From: Octopus bimaculoides
Taxonomy: Eukaryota
Assembly: GCF_001194135.2 (NCBI RefSeq)
Contig: NC_068989.1
Coordinates: 8,810,474-8,874,473, forward strand
Length of the DNA: 64,000 nucleotides
Reading direction: 5' to 3'
The first letter of the stretch is position 1. Every line of letters begins with the position of its first letter. The notes under the pieces were generated by a model that was given only the letters and a program-made list of their open reading frames with translations, was not told where the DNA came from and did not search any database. A program made the position numbers and the translations under genes. Positions 39,722 to 50,262 of this stretch are shown here, in pieces.

Positions 39722-40004
39722 GTATATATTCAGTATATATCAGTGGCGTTTCCAGTATAGACGTCATGCAGTGCATGCCTAAGATGAATAATCGAACTGG
39801 TTTTTAATGTAAAACTGCCATTTTTATGGGAGACAGTTGAGAAAAGCGTACAAAACATACAATATGCATGTCCTACGTCAATTACATGACTTCGATTCTT
39901 TTACATTTGGTTTTCATTCTCTGGCTTAAAGTATGTGTATATATACGTTTGTATACGCATTACGTGTGTGTGTGCGCGTGCGTGAGCGTGAAAATATATA
40001 TGTA

Positions 40005-40057
<53 letters not shown>

Positions 40058-40246
40058 CACATACATGCATATATATATATACATTCTTGTATATATATAT
40101 ACACATATATATATACACACACACACACATGTATGCATATATGTGTATATATATATATAATACACATATATATACATATATATAATACACGTATGCATAT
40201 ATGTGTATATATATATATAATACACATATATATACATATATATAAT

Positions 40247-40319
<73 letters not shown>

Positions 40320-40338
40320 TACATATACACATACATAT

Positions 40339-40376
<38 letters not shown>

Positions 40377-41114
40377 TTAATATTTTGCATTAATGGGTAT
40401 ATGTCGATTAGTGTGTTGAAGTGTTGAGTAGAGCACTGGCACGGTTTGGGCTAACTCGACGGGCGTATAACATGACCACCTAAACTCAGGATCTTTAGCA
40501 AGACACAACTTTATGTATGGATGTACCTGATGAGACTCAGACCGCAAAATCGATGCAACACCACATGTTGAACGGAGTCCCGCCCATAAGGGACAGTAGC
40601 AGGATGGGTCGAAACGATCGTTGTGCAAATTAAAAGATTAATACCAAATTCATCTTCTCGTTACTTAATCAATTATCATTATATATAAATATATATGTAC
40701 GTGTGTGTTTGTGTGCATATTCATGTCTGCGTATCTGTATATGTATAAACATACGACAATGAAGACTACATTTTGAAATTTTCGTCATTATTGCAATGTC
40801 TATGCCATTTATAGCAAGCAAAGATTTTAAAATAGAATGCTTCAAAGAATAAAACTGGACTTCAACACGCATGTGTACGAGTGTCTTTACGCATGCGCAT
40901 ATCTGTCTGTCTGTATGAACGCGTACGTGTCTATTGTTGCATGTATGAATTCAGAAAAAGTTACATAATTCAAAGTAGTTTATTCATTCGTTCGAGGCTA
41001 AACCCTGATTCAGTTGACTCCCAGTTTCCTGTTTCTTTCGCATGTTTTTCAAGCGTGCAAGAAATCGGAAACGCAGCGTAGTCAGAAAGTAAAGATTTAT
41101 ACTCGAGTGGTTGT

Positions 41115-41162
<48 letters not shown>

Positions 41163-41217
41163 TATCACTTTTGTAAGTAGCGTGAGTGTGCATGCCTGTA
41201 TGTGTGTTGCGTGTGTG

Positions 41218-41250
<33 letters not shown>

Positions 41251-42411
41251 GTAGGTAGGTAGGTCAAAAAAGCAATACAAATCACACATCGAAAGATATA
41301 TATATATATATGTATGTATAGATATATGTGTGTATGTGTGTGTATATGCATGTGTATGCGTTTGTGTATATAAATAACAGCTCTCTATATATATAGAGAG
41401 AGAGGGGGGAGAAAGAGAGAGAATCGTTAAGACCATAGAAGTGGCCCAATTTTATTGCACTCTGTTAGCCGGTATTTGCAGGAGTGTTGACTTAGCATTG
41501 GAAGAGAGTCGACTCCCCAGATACAGAAAATGATTAACACTTTCTAGGACAGCACCTTTTATTTCAAACACTGATTTTGCACATTTTGCCTCGACAGGTG
41601 ATGGTTAGAAAATGACTTATATCGATTCCATTCAAGTAGCGTAGGTAGACCACGAGTTTATGACAGAAGATAACCTCGCAATGTACCACGCAGTGGGAGC
41701 GAACTATAAATCAAGGATTTACGAAAGGATTTTTTAAACGATGTAACCATGCCTGTCTTTTCTTGATATTGCTAACACGGAGCAGAAAGCTGATCGTGAT
41801 TGCTACCTTGTAATTTAAATTTATGATTTTAAAAAAAATGTTTTCTCCCTAAGCTATTGTGGCATGTCTAAATTTTTCTTTAATTTACGTCAATTACATG
41901 CGTTCGGTCATAGAATTATCACGCTGGCAAATAGTTTAGATATTCGGAGAAAAATAAGGCTGTAATTGCAAAATGAATTATCTTCTGAACACATATATAA
42001 TAAAAACAAAATACGCAAAATGGAAATACATTTTATTTTAACCACACGGAACATTTAATCGCTACACAAGTTCCTCGGGAGCTAGAGAATCTATTATTGT
42101 CTATTATGACAGGAAATGGCAAGTCCCTCTATTCCTGTTATTGTTGCTTCTCGTGTTGTTGCTTTTGTTATTGTCGTTGTTGTTGCTGTCATTACTGCTA
42201 CTGCTGCTGTTGATGATGATGATGATGATGATGATGATTAGCTATCTTTGCCCTCAGTTACACAAGTGAAGTGAGCAATTAACTATCAACCGTTGTATCA
42301 GCATCCACTTATAGTGAACAATAATTAACAGAATTGCTTCCTATAATAGCATTCATCTACGAAAACTTGATATCCACTTGATATTTTCATGATATCCTCT
42401 TCAAGCTGTTG

Positions 42412-42462
<51 letters not shown>

Positions 42463-44179
42463 GTCTTCGCTTGTTTATATGTATGTATTTTCTCGTTTTT
42501 ATTTTTACATAAAATCACAAATATTGAGGCAAATTTTAATCAACGCAGGAATTTATTAAATTGGCAACATTACTACTTGATAATTTCTAGAGGAGGCCTT
42601 GGCTAAATTTCTGTTACTGACGCAACGTGTCTTCCCAACTTTACAGATGATGGCTTTTATTTTGTGAAAACTAATGAGATGGCCTACTGACTAAGTGAAT
42701 TATGTATTACTGAAATCTTGGAGAGAATCGGAAATTCATATTTAAATATGGCGGAATTTCAAATTAAAAGCTAGAGCTAATAATCGTATTACTGTGTGTA
42801 GTTTATTTATAAAATGCAGTGTTAGTGTTATCAAAGAACACAGTGACATACTCACATAACGGGTGAATTAACTTCAAAGTTAGTTCTCTTCTTGTGATGT
42901 ATCCCAGAGGATTATGTTTTAATTAATCGCGCCCATTATTATGTTTCTGTTTTAAGGCGGCGAGCTGGCAGAATCGTTAATACGCCAGACAATATTTACG
43001 GTCATTTCGTCCATTTTTACCTTCTGAGCTCAAATTCCGCCGCGTTCGACTTTACCTTTCATCTTTTTGAGGTCAATAAACTAAGTATCAGTAGAACACT
43101 GGGGTCGATGTAGTCGACTAAAAACCGTTCCCTGAAGTTACTGGCCTTGTGCCAAAATTTGAAATTAATATTGTCAAGTTTCTTAGACAGCGAGCTGGAA
43201 GACAAAAAATGTTTAGCGGCATTTCTTGCGTCTTCACGTTCTGAGTTCAAATTCCACCGAGGTCGATTTTGCCTTTCGTCCATTCGGAGCCGATGATACC
43301 ACTCAATACCACTCAAGCATTAAGGTTGATGTAATTGCCTAGCTCATCAACTCAAATTTGAGGCATTGGGTTTATATTAGAAATAACAGTTATTATTATT
43401 CATATACACACAACAGATTAGACTGTTGGAAAAGAAAAATTCCTAACATCAGAAAACAAGTAACCTTAGATGCCAAGGACCCTCCTAAGTATCCTAGCTG
43501 TCTCTAATAACACTGTTTTCTGAAGCTGTACTAAACTGGGTTTTATGCCTAATTCCTCTATCTATCTGTTCAAATATTTAGGGATAGTTCCCAATACACC
43601 TATAACGTTTCAAAGAGTATAAAGTTCATTTGAATTGTAAGAGATATTTTTTATGACAATAATTAACGTTTATTTAGCAAAGCATCTATACTAATAGACT
43701 TTTATACTCTAGAACAGACACACACTAATATATATATGTGCTATGAGTGCTCTGTTCCTTATATATATATTCTTTTCTACTCAAGAAACAAGGCCCGAAA
43801 TTTGTGGGGAGGGAACCAGTCGATTAAATCCACCACAGTATGCAACATGGTACTTAATTTAATGACTCCAAAAGGATGAAAGGCAAATTCGACCTCGGCG
43901 GAATTTGAACTCAGAACGTAGTGGCAGACGAAATACCACTAAGCATTTCGCCCGGTGTGCTAACGTATCTGCCAGCTCGGCGCCTTATATATATTATAGA
44001 TACATAAATACACACATACCTGCGTATACACGTACACACGACGATGGGAAACGATTTAGTTGAGCAATCTGGGTCAAGAAATAAAGACAGAGTTGCGGAC
44101 ACATTGTGACTAGTGGTATAGACCAGCGGAGAGTCCGTCAGACAGACAGATGGATAGACAGATAGATAGACAGACAAAG

Positions 44180-44213
<34 letters not shown>

Positions 44214-44391
44214 TATCTCTGTCTCTGTGTGTCCTTATCTCGTGTAGCTTTTGGAAATAATATAAATCTTAAACTGCAATAATTTTAATTAATATGATCA
44301 ACTCGATACTTGAATTCGGTATCCCTGCTTGGCTGAAGTCCAAGTACTTAAACTAATAAAACACAATAAAGGAATACATTAAGAGTGAGAT

Positions 44392-44490
<99 letters not shown>

Positions 44491-45563
44491 CAGCGACAGA
44501 AAAAGAGAAATGGGTGAGAAATATATACGTACTTACTTAACGTATGTTGGGAGAACAAATACGGTGAAATATGTTTACTGAAGAATAATTTGTGAGAAAT
44601 TGTTTCTTCAAATTAAAACTATTTAATTTGAAAATTGATATAAGTAAGAATTAACCATAAATCTTTCTGTGCCTTTTCGATAGTTTGTTTTTAAGATTTA
44701 TTACTAAAGTAAGTCCTCACAAAAGAGAACATAGCAGAATGGAATGTTCAAATGTTCTTCAAAGTAACTCCATCTAATCTCCCGCCTTGAGTAATTTCTT
44801 GGTTAAATTTGATTTAATACATTATTATTAAGATTTGTCTCTTAATGTAAAACCTTACCGTATGTTTGATTAATTCTGTCGTCCTTCGAGAAAATGCTGT
44901 CGTTTAAGATAAGAGCTAATCTCATTAGCATTCGCTTAATCAAGCATGCATTCGACTCTTATATCCAAAGTAAGAGCAATAACGGAAAAGACATCGAAGC
45001 CTATGACACCCATACCTACGTATATATGTGTGCATACACTGATAAAGAGATACATACATACATACATACATACATACATACATACATAGACAGACAGGAA
45101 GGCAGGCAGACAGAGAGATAGACAGACAGATAGATAGATAGAGAGATAAATAGATAGATAGATCGGACAAAGAGAACGGTAGATACATGTGTTTGCCTAT
45201 CTGCGCAAACACATGTATCTATACGCGCTTGTGTGTGTGTGTCTGTGCGTAACTAACACTCCGTTGGTTGCGACGATGAGGGTCCTAGTTGATCCGATCA
45301 ACAAAACAGTCATTTTGTGCAATTAACGTGCAAGTGACTGAGCACGCCACAGACACATGAATCCTTTGCGTAGTTCTTAGGGAGATTCGGCGTAACACAG
45401 AGTGAGACAAGACTGGCCCTTTGAAACACAGTTACGACTCACTTTTGCCAGCTGAGTGGACTGAAGCAACGTGAAATAAAGTGTATTGTTCAAGGACAAT
45501 ACACTATATATATATATATATATATATATAGATAGATAGATAGATAGATAGATNNNNNNNNNN

Positions 45564-45598
<35 letters not shown>

Positions 45599-46461
45599 TA
45601 AAGAAAGAAAGAAAGAAAAATAACCAGACAGCAACCATGTAGGCAGATAAATAGAGAGAGAGAGAGATGTGTGGGTGTTTGGATGGTGGACGGACAGACG
45701 GACGAACCTATACTGATGGATATCTATATGTAAGTGTATATTATCTCTGTGTATGTGTATCTACATATACCTGGATTTCTAATTTAAGGTCTGGGCCAGA
45801 GAATTGATTAAATTTATTTCAGTACCTGACAGTTCAATTTTTAATCAACCCTGAAAGAGTAAAAAGGCAGATTTTATCACTGCCAGATTTGAACTCAGTT
45901 TACCAAGAGACGTTACAATATAGTGCAAGGCTTTGGACCCAGTAGTCCGTTATTTGTCTTACATGTTCTCGAGAGAGAGAGAGAGATTGCTTTAAACAAC
46001 ATTGTTTTAGACCAAGGTTAGAGATATTCTATTACGTACAACCGCTTAAATGTTCTGCTATTTAGTTTCATAATATCACGTTCAGAATTCGATAAGATCA
46101 ACTTTGCCTTTCATTTCTCCGCATTCCATAAAGCAAATACCTGTGCAATAATCTATCATAATCCCTCGTTTGACAAGAGGGATACTTAACACTGTGCCTT
46201 GCAAATTATTGATACATAACGTAATATTCTCATTTTTTGTTCTTGTCTTTTTCTGTGTCGTTTCAGCTGTCCCCGGCTCGCGTAACGTTGTTAAATACGA
46301 TTGTTGTCCACAAATTTACTTGGATGCAACTTATACAATTCATATTCGTCGTCGAACTCTATATTATGGCTTCAACATCATCATACCGTGTGTGCTTATT
46401 TCTGCACTGTCTCTGTTATTATTTATCCTTCCACCGGACGCTGGAGAGAAAATATCATTAG
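9952..46461 (+). CDS. CHRNA7-like: Partial multi-exon gene: nicotinic acetylcholine receptor alpha subunit, alpha7-like (3 exons in window, 562 nt spliced)
   Basis: Exons 9952-10061, 34299-34555 and 46267-46461 join in frame (phase 2, then phase 1). Translation: [187 protein letters not shown]. Contains the Cys-loop (C-x13-C), loop C YxCC and M1. Introns are 24,237 and 11,711 bp. Family is certain; exact orthology is not. Confidence 0.95.
10748..11067 (-). mobile_element. tRNA-derived SINE family D
   Basis: About 80% similar by eye to 51375-51758 over its length. Its tail (ccagttgatccgatcaacggaacagcctgctcgtgaaattaacgtgcaag) also occurs at 45257-45430. Confidence 0.8.
11068..11126. repeat. 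21-bp tandem repeat (actaatactaacataatgcta), about 2.8 copies
   Basis: Read directly. Confidence 0.9.
11218..11572. mobile_element. hAT-superfamily non-autonomous element, 355 bp
   Basis: TIRs cagtggttttcaacc / ggttgagaacccgtg; 8-bp target duplication gtctaaag / atctaaag. Confidence 0.8.
11830..12070 (-). mobile_element. tRNA-derived SINE family C
   Basis: Minus-strand head with B-box gtttcgattcc, body gttgtgttcttgagca...cacttcatttcacgttg, tail cctgcgacggactggcgtc. Relatives at approximately 21190-21400(+), 24650-24880(-), 25480-25640(+), 32250-32370(+). Confidence 0.75.
16054..16290 (+). mobile_element. tRNA-derived SINE family A, best-preserved copy (central domain resembles Meta/MESC-type SINE cores)
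   Basis: A-box-like tggcagaaacgtt, B-box gagttcaaattcc, core gccgaggtcgactttgcctttcatcctttcggggtcgataaattaagta. More than 20 further copies at approximately 2393-2594(+), 2901-3128(-), 3148-3351(-), 4830-5045(-), 5600-5800(+), 5865-6020(+), 8985-9135(+), 9310-9510(-), 9618-9830(+), 13825-14100(+), 15705-15900(+), 18900-19115(-), 28325-28540(+), 42955-43300(+), 43780-43985(-), 45790-45930(-), 46060-46140(+), 47290-47450(+), 51045-51240(-), 57815-57985(+). Confidence 0.85.
16948..17257. repeat. Tandem dimer of an approximately 155-bp unit (157 + 153 bp)
   Basis: Units 16948-17104 and 17105-17257 share long blocks such as gttgataagttaccaacttgc, gcaatcaaagtccttggcctaggtttctaa and ttatcactgccattacatac. 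Confidence 0.9.
17812..17968 (-). mobile_element. tRNA-derived SINE family B (CORE-like ccttgggcaagtg motif), representative copy
   Basis: Minus strand reads gtggccgtgtggtaagtagc...gggttcagtcccactgcgtggcaccttgggcaagtgtcttc...aagcccgtcgta, then (TA)n. Other copies at approximately 1-155, 1861-1995, 29164-29315, 29965-30125(+), 33859-34018, 34062-34190, 46950-47100, 56975-57125. Confidence 0.8.
19730..20135 (+). pseudogene. CR1-group LINE ORF2 3' end relic
   Basis: One frame with one stop: [19 protein letters not shown]...HPRIG...[18 protein letters not shown]...[20 protein letters not shown]...NNSLLEW, typical of CR1-type C-termini. Confidence 0.7.
25720..26200 (-). pseudogene. RTE-clade LINE 3' fragment
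   Basis: Minus strand reads [21 protein letters not shown]...[10 protein letters not shown]..., YGHVLCL...[15 protein letters not shown]...RWRALV, with stops and a frameshift. Confidence 0.8.
26610..26890 (-). pseudogene. Second RTE-like LINE 3' fragment
   Basis: Minus strand reads [35 protein letters not shown]. Confidence 0.65.
28931..29315 (-). mobile_element. Composite unit: repeat E + (TACA)n + SINE B
   Basis: Same order and orientation at 1641-1995 and 17688-17968, degenerate at about 46800-47100. Repeat E alone occurs inverted at 16345-16540. Confidence 0.7.
30681..30881 (+). mobile_element. Mariner-derived MITE, about 200 bp (second family)
   Basis: Ends resemble cgagggggtgctgaaaagttcctggcttt. 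The interior encodes ..[22 protein letters not shown], a mariner C-terminus. A sister copy lies at 57181-57380. Confidence 0.8.
34299..34555 (+). CDS. CHRNA7-like: nAChR exon, 257 bp (loop E, Cys-loop, loops B and F; equivalent to CHRNA7 exons 5+6)
   Basis: Acceptor ttctattctag|T, donor ATAG|gtaag. Cys codons at 34396 and 34438. Lies within ORF-track entry 34267..34722. Confidence 0.97.
38300..39240 (+). mobile_element. RLE-type (R4/Dong/NeSL-like) non-LTR retrotransposon 3' fragment ending in (TACA)n
   Basis: Reads [14 protein letters not shown], then a CCHC relic [17 protein letters not shown], then [46 protein letters not shown] and [13 protein letters not shown] (stop near 38985). This is a zinc knuckle plus PD-(D/E)xK nuclease. 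Confidence 0.8.
39950..40380. repeat. Complex (TA)n/(CA)n microsatellite block
   Basis: Low-complexity sequence that accounts for the overlapping YI/CV ORFs in the track. Confidence 0.95.
40522..40627 (+). ncRNA. Type I hammerhead ribozyme motif (Penelope/retrozyme-like), core intact
   Basis: Stem I TGTAC/GTGCA, core CTGATGA (40527-33), stem II GACTCA/TGGGTC, GAAA (40611-14), palindromic stem III ACGATCGT, cleavage triplet GUU. Manual reading only. Confidence 0.75.
42955..43985. mobile_element. Cluster of SINE family A copies (+,+,-)
   Basis: Copies at approximately 42955-43165, 43190-43300 and 43780-43985. Confidence 0.8.
44396..44489. repeat. (GA)n microsatellite
   Basis: Read directly. 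Confidence 0.98.
46267..46461 (+). CDS. CHRNA7-like: nAChR exon, 195 bp (loop C with vicinal Cys, M1, M1-M2 linker; equivalent to CHRNA7 exon 7)
   Basis: Acceptor gtttcag|CT, donor TTAG|gtaag. Encodes YDCCPQIY (CC at 46302-46307), RRRTLYY and [10 protein letters not shown]. Confidence 0.97.
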   Translation: MSPARVTLLNTIVVHKFTWMQLIQFIFVVELYIMASTSSYRVCLFLHCLCYYLSFHRTLERKYH

Positions 46462-46890
46462 GTAAGATTATTTTTTAACCATTTTGTTACTGAAAATGAC
46501 GGTGGGTTTGAAAATATGTTGCTGTATTTACTTACGAGCCTTTATGCTCTAAGTCAAAGTTTCTCAGTGTGAATTGATCTCAGAACGTATTTTAAGATCA
46601 TAAAGTTTAAGAAATATACTGAAATGGAAGCCTATTAATTTTTACATGATATTGCTGAGAAAAAGGAGAAAATATTACAGGGGAAACCTTGTGTCGCTAG
46701 AAAATAGTTAAAAGATGAAATGAACGATAAAATAATTCCTTCAAATATTGAATCACATATTCAGAGAAGATCACTAGTATGGTGGGCAAAGGGACATAGG
46801 CTCGTAACTGAAAAACCGGAAGCGGAAGGCAAATATACAGTAGAAGGTGGGGGTCAAACACAAACGCAAAGACGCACACACGTATGTATG

Positions 46891-46948
<58 letters not shown>

Positions 46949-48117
46949 TACGACTCTCTCCCACACGGCTTCCGTCTACTAAATTCACTCTCAGTGCATA
47001 GGACTAAAGTAGAAGACACTTGCTCAAAGTGTTGTGCAATGGAACTGAACCCGGAGCAAGGTGCTGAGATATCGAGATTCTTAAACACACAGCTGTTTCT
47101 GTGCCTATTAGACAAAATATCGGTTCCTTTTTAAATGCACAAGAATACTCTGTACCTTATAGAAATGCGAAATAAACGACGGTGCTTTTATCAATAACAT
47201 TACCGTCGCATTGCTTCCATCAGAATTGAAAATGCATGACGGTTTCAGGTAAACTGACAATATTTGATTTTGGCTTTTTAATTCTTTTATTCGTTCATAC
47301 TTTTATTCGTTTAATTCTGAGTTCAAGTGCCTTTGCCTTTCATCCCTTTCGAGATCGATAAAATAAGTACTAATTGAGCACGGGGATCAATGCATTCGAC
47401 TTATTCGCATCCTTTAGAATTGCTGGCCTTGTGCCAATATTTGAAAACATTTCTGAAACATTTTAAAAACATTTTTTAAATACAATGCGGGAAATATGAC
47501 TGCAATTTCTAGTCACGGTTGAGCGAGCCTAAAAATTAAGTAAACAAAGGATACCCACCATAGCTTAGATTATAAGGAAGCATTTGGCAATTGGCTACTA
47601 TTTGTAGCAGATCAAGTGTCTACATAGAAGCTCACTCATTCATTCGCGTGACTCAGTTTGCACGGATTGTACATGTACTAAATAATCCAAATTCATACCT
47701 CATTTTTCATACAGCGATTACACAAACTTAACTGTACTCCTCAGAAGACATTTAATTAATGAGAATATTAGAGAGATATATTAATATCCAGCGTCGTCAA
47801 AAGGCATTCATACTTATAAGAGGAGTGAGCAAGAGAAACAGTAACGTTGATGGTTTTCCTAAAGCATAAGCTCTGTATATAAAATTAAATACCGGCAGCT
47901 AAGAATAGAAACGTGGCAGTAAACCGTATATGGCGCTCTTTTGTATGCATTAAAATTAATAATAATATCTCAGTTATTAATAAATAATTCACTCGGAAAC
48001 ATAAACGTTTGCACAAGCACACAAACACACAAACACATACACATACACACATGCACGTACACGCATACGAGTACACATACATACACATATATATACATAT
48101 ATATATGCATATATATT

Positions 48118-48157
<40 letters not shown>

Positions 48158-48643
48158 NNNNNNNNNNNNNNNNNNNNNNNNNNNNNNNNNNNNNNNNNNN
48201 NNNNNNNNNNNNNNNNNNNNNNNNNNNNNNNNNNNNNNNNNNNNNNNNNNNNNNNNNNNNNNNNNNNNNNNNNNNNNNNNNNNNNNNNNNNNNNNNNNNN
48301 NNNNNNNNNNNNNNNNNNNNNNNNNNNNNNNNNNNNNNNNNNNNNNNNNNNNNNNNNNNNNNNNNNNNNNNNNNNNNNNNNNNNNNNNNNNNNNNNNNNN
48401 NNNNNNNNNNNNNNNNNNNNNNNNNNNNNNNNNNNNNNNNNNNNNNNNNNNNNNNNNNNNNNNNNNNNNNNNGCATATATTTATTTATATGTACAATATT
48501 GTGCATATTGTACACACACACACACACACACATACACACATAAATATCTAAATATATATACATATATGCTTGCGTATATATGTGTGCATGCGTCTTTCTA
48601 TCGCTTCATACGGAAACATCCTCGTGTGTGTGTGTGTGTGTGT

Positions 48644-48678
<35 letters not shown>

Positions 48679-49235
48679 ATTGCTCCGAAGTCATTGTTAA
48701 TGAAATTAAAAATTGTCAATCGATGGAATTTTTGTCCGCCCGTTTCTTTCGTTTACGGTTTTTCTTTCATCATTTCATTCCTCTTTTCCTTCTTATTTTT
48801 CTTCATCTATTTCTCCTCCACCACCCCATCCTTCCTTCTTTCCTCCTCCCTCCTTCCCTCTTCCACCCTCCTACTCTTCTTCCCTATTAAATATTCACTG
48901 CTTAGTTTCTTAGCCATTTAGTCAAGCTTCTTCTCTCTTCGTTTCTTCATGTTTTTCTAGTTATCATTTATTTTATTCGATCCTATTTTACCTCATTCCT
49001 TCTTTTTTGTTGTCTGCATGGTTTTATACATCGGCAAATGATTCTAATTTCCATTTCTGAAGATTGTTATGACATTTCTAAGACTGTAAGCAGAATTCTA
49101 AGTGTTTTGTTGCCGTAAACAATGAGTGAATGAGAGAATGGAACAATGGACCAACTACACAACCATTGACGAAAATATGTTCCTTCCATTGTACCAATGA
49201 TGTTCATGGTGTTGGGTTTTTATTACAACCTCTCC

Positions 49236-49279
<44 letters not shown>

Positions 49280-49468
49280 NNNNNNNNNNNNNNNNNNNNN
49301 NNNNNNNNNNNNNNNNNNNNNNNNNNNNNNNNNNNNNNNNNNNNNNNNNNNNNNNNNNNNNNNNNNNNNNNNNNNNNNNTATATATATATATATATATAT
49401 ATGAACTCTACATAGTTTTTCTCTCTCCGTGTTGTTTTTCATTCTCACTCCATTTTCTTCCTCTTATT

Positions 49469-49506
49469 TCTTTCTGTCGAAGAGCGTAGGCTCGAAATGT
49501 AAAACA
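49469..49506 (+). ncRNA. Variant or degenerate hammerhead-like motif in a probable Penelope-type terminal repeat
   Basis: TCTTT-CTGTCGA-A-GAGC-gtag-GCTC-GAAA-TG-TA-AAACA; conserved A6 is replaced by U. Confidence 0.35.
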
Positions 49507-49599
49507 CTGTTCCATTTTTCCCGAGCGTTAAACTAATATACGTGCTTGTTGTTCTTACACTAGTCTTCGTCTTTTGTTTTTCTATAAATTTGAACGATA

Positions 49600-49631
<32 letters not shown>

Positions 49632-50074
49632 CATAATATAAATATATAATATATATATATGTATATATGTATATATAGTACCCTTTCCACCCCGCTCCCC
49701 GTAGATAGGTATGTACCACTAATTATTATAGGTATTTTAATTGTACAACTAAATTTTTCAGTCGGTCGAAAACTTTTCAGAGGGGTAGCGTGTAACATCA
49801 ATTGGTATGTCCTTATTTTCTCTTTTTCTTTTTCTTTTCTTATTCGTTATTTTCCCGCTCTGGTGAAGTTCCTCTTTTTAAGTTGATATAATTATCAACA
49901 GTAATAATAATTATTATTGTCATAATTAAGCCTGATTGTTCCCAAAATGGCACGAGCAGAAACAGCTGTTAGATGAGATATTGTCTTTTTTTGTAATCAA
50001 TAAATAATAATTGATGTTTATCAATTATTTATCTCCATTTTCTTATTTTTCCTTATATATATATACATACAATC

Positions 50075-50262
50075 GTCACTAACTGACTAGGAATACAATT
50101 CTGTATTTCTGAGATGAAGAATTTTTATATAATGCATTAGTGAGAGTGGTATCCTCAACCTGGATTTCACTTTTTTCGCTACGTTTCAGTTCTGTATTCT
50201 CCAGCCTTCTTCGGGAGTCTCGTGATTCACTTTAGTGCCTTGCCTGGGATTGAACTCAGACT
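50075..50262 (-). mobile_element. Decayed SINE-like element: Pol III B-box followed by a hammerhead-like motif; related to 56130-56360
   Basis: Minus strand reads GAGTTCAATCCC (B-box)...GACTC-CCGAAGA-A-GGCTGgagaataCAG..GAAACGTA. Its flank (aggaatacaattctgtatttctgagatgaagaatt) resembles 56133-56170 (aaggagtacgttctatatttaagagatgaggaatt). Confidence 0.55.

Noticed and set aside
39868-40393. YI/CV/HT-rich ORFs here and in other microsatellite blocks
   Set aside because: Translations of dinucleotide repeats with no coding signal.
34299-46461. Idea that the gene is a cephalopod chemotactile receptor or an anion-selective nAChR
   Set aside because: Loop C vicinal cysteines and aromatic-box residues are retained, and the linker is GEK. 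It reads as a canonical cation-type alpha subunit, although the rest of M2 is not visible.
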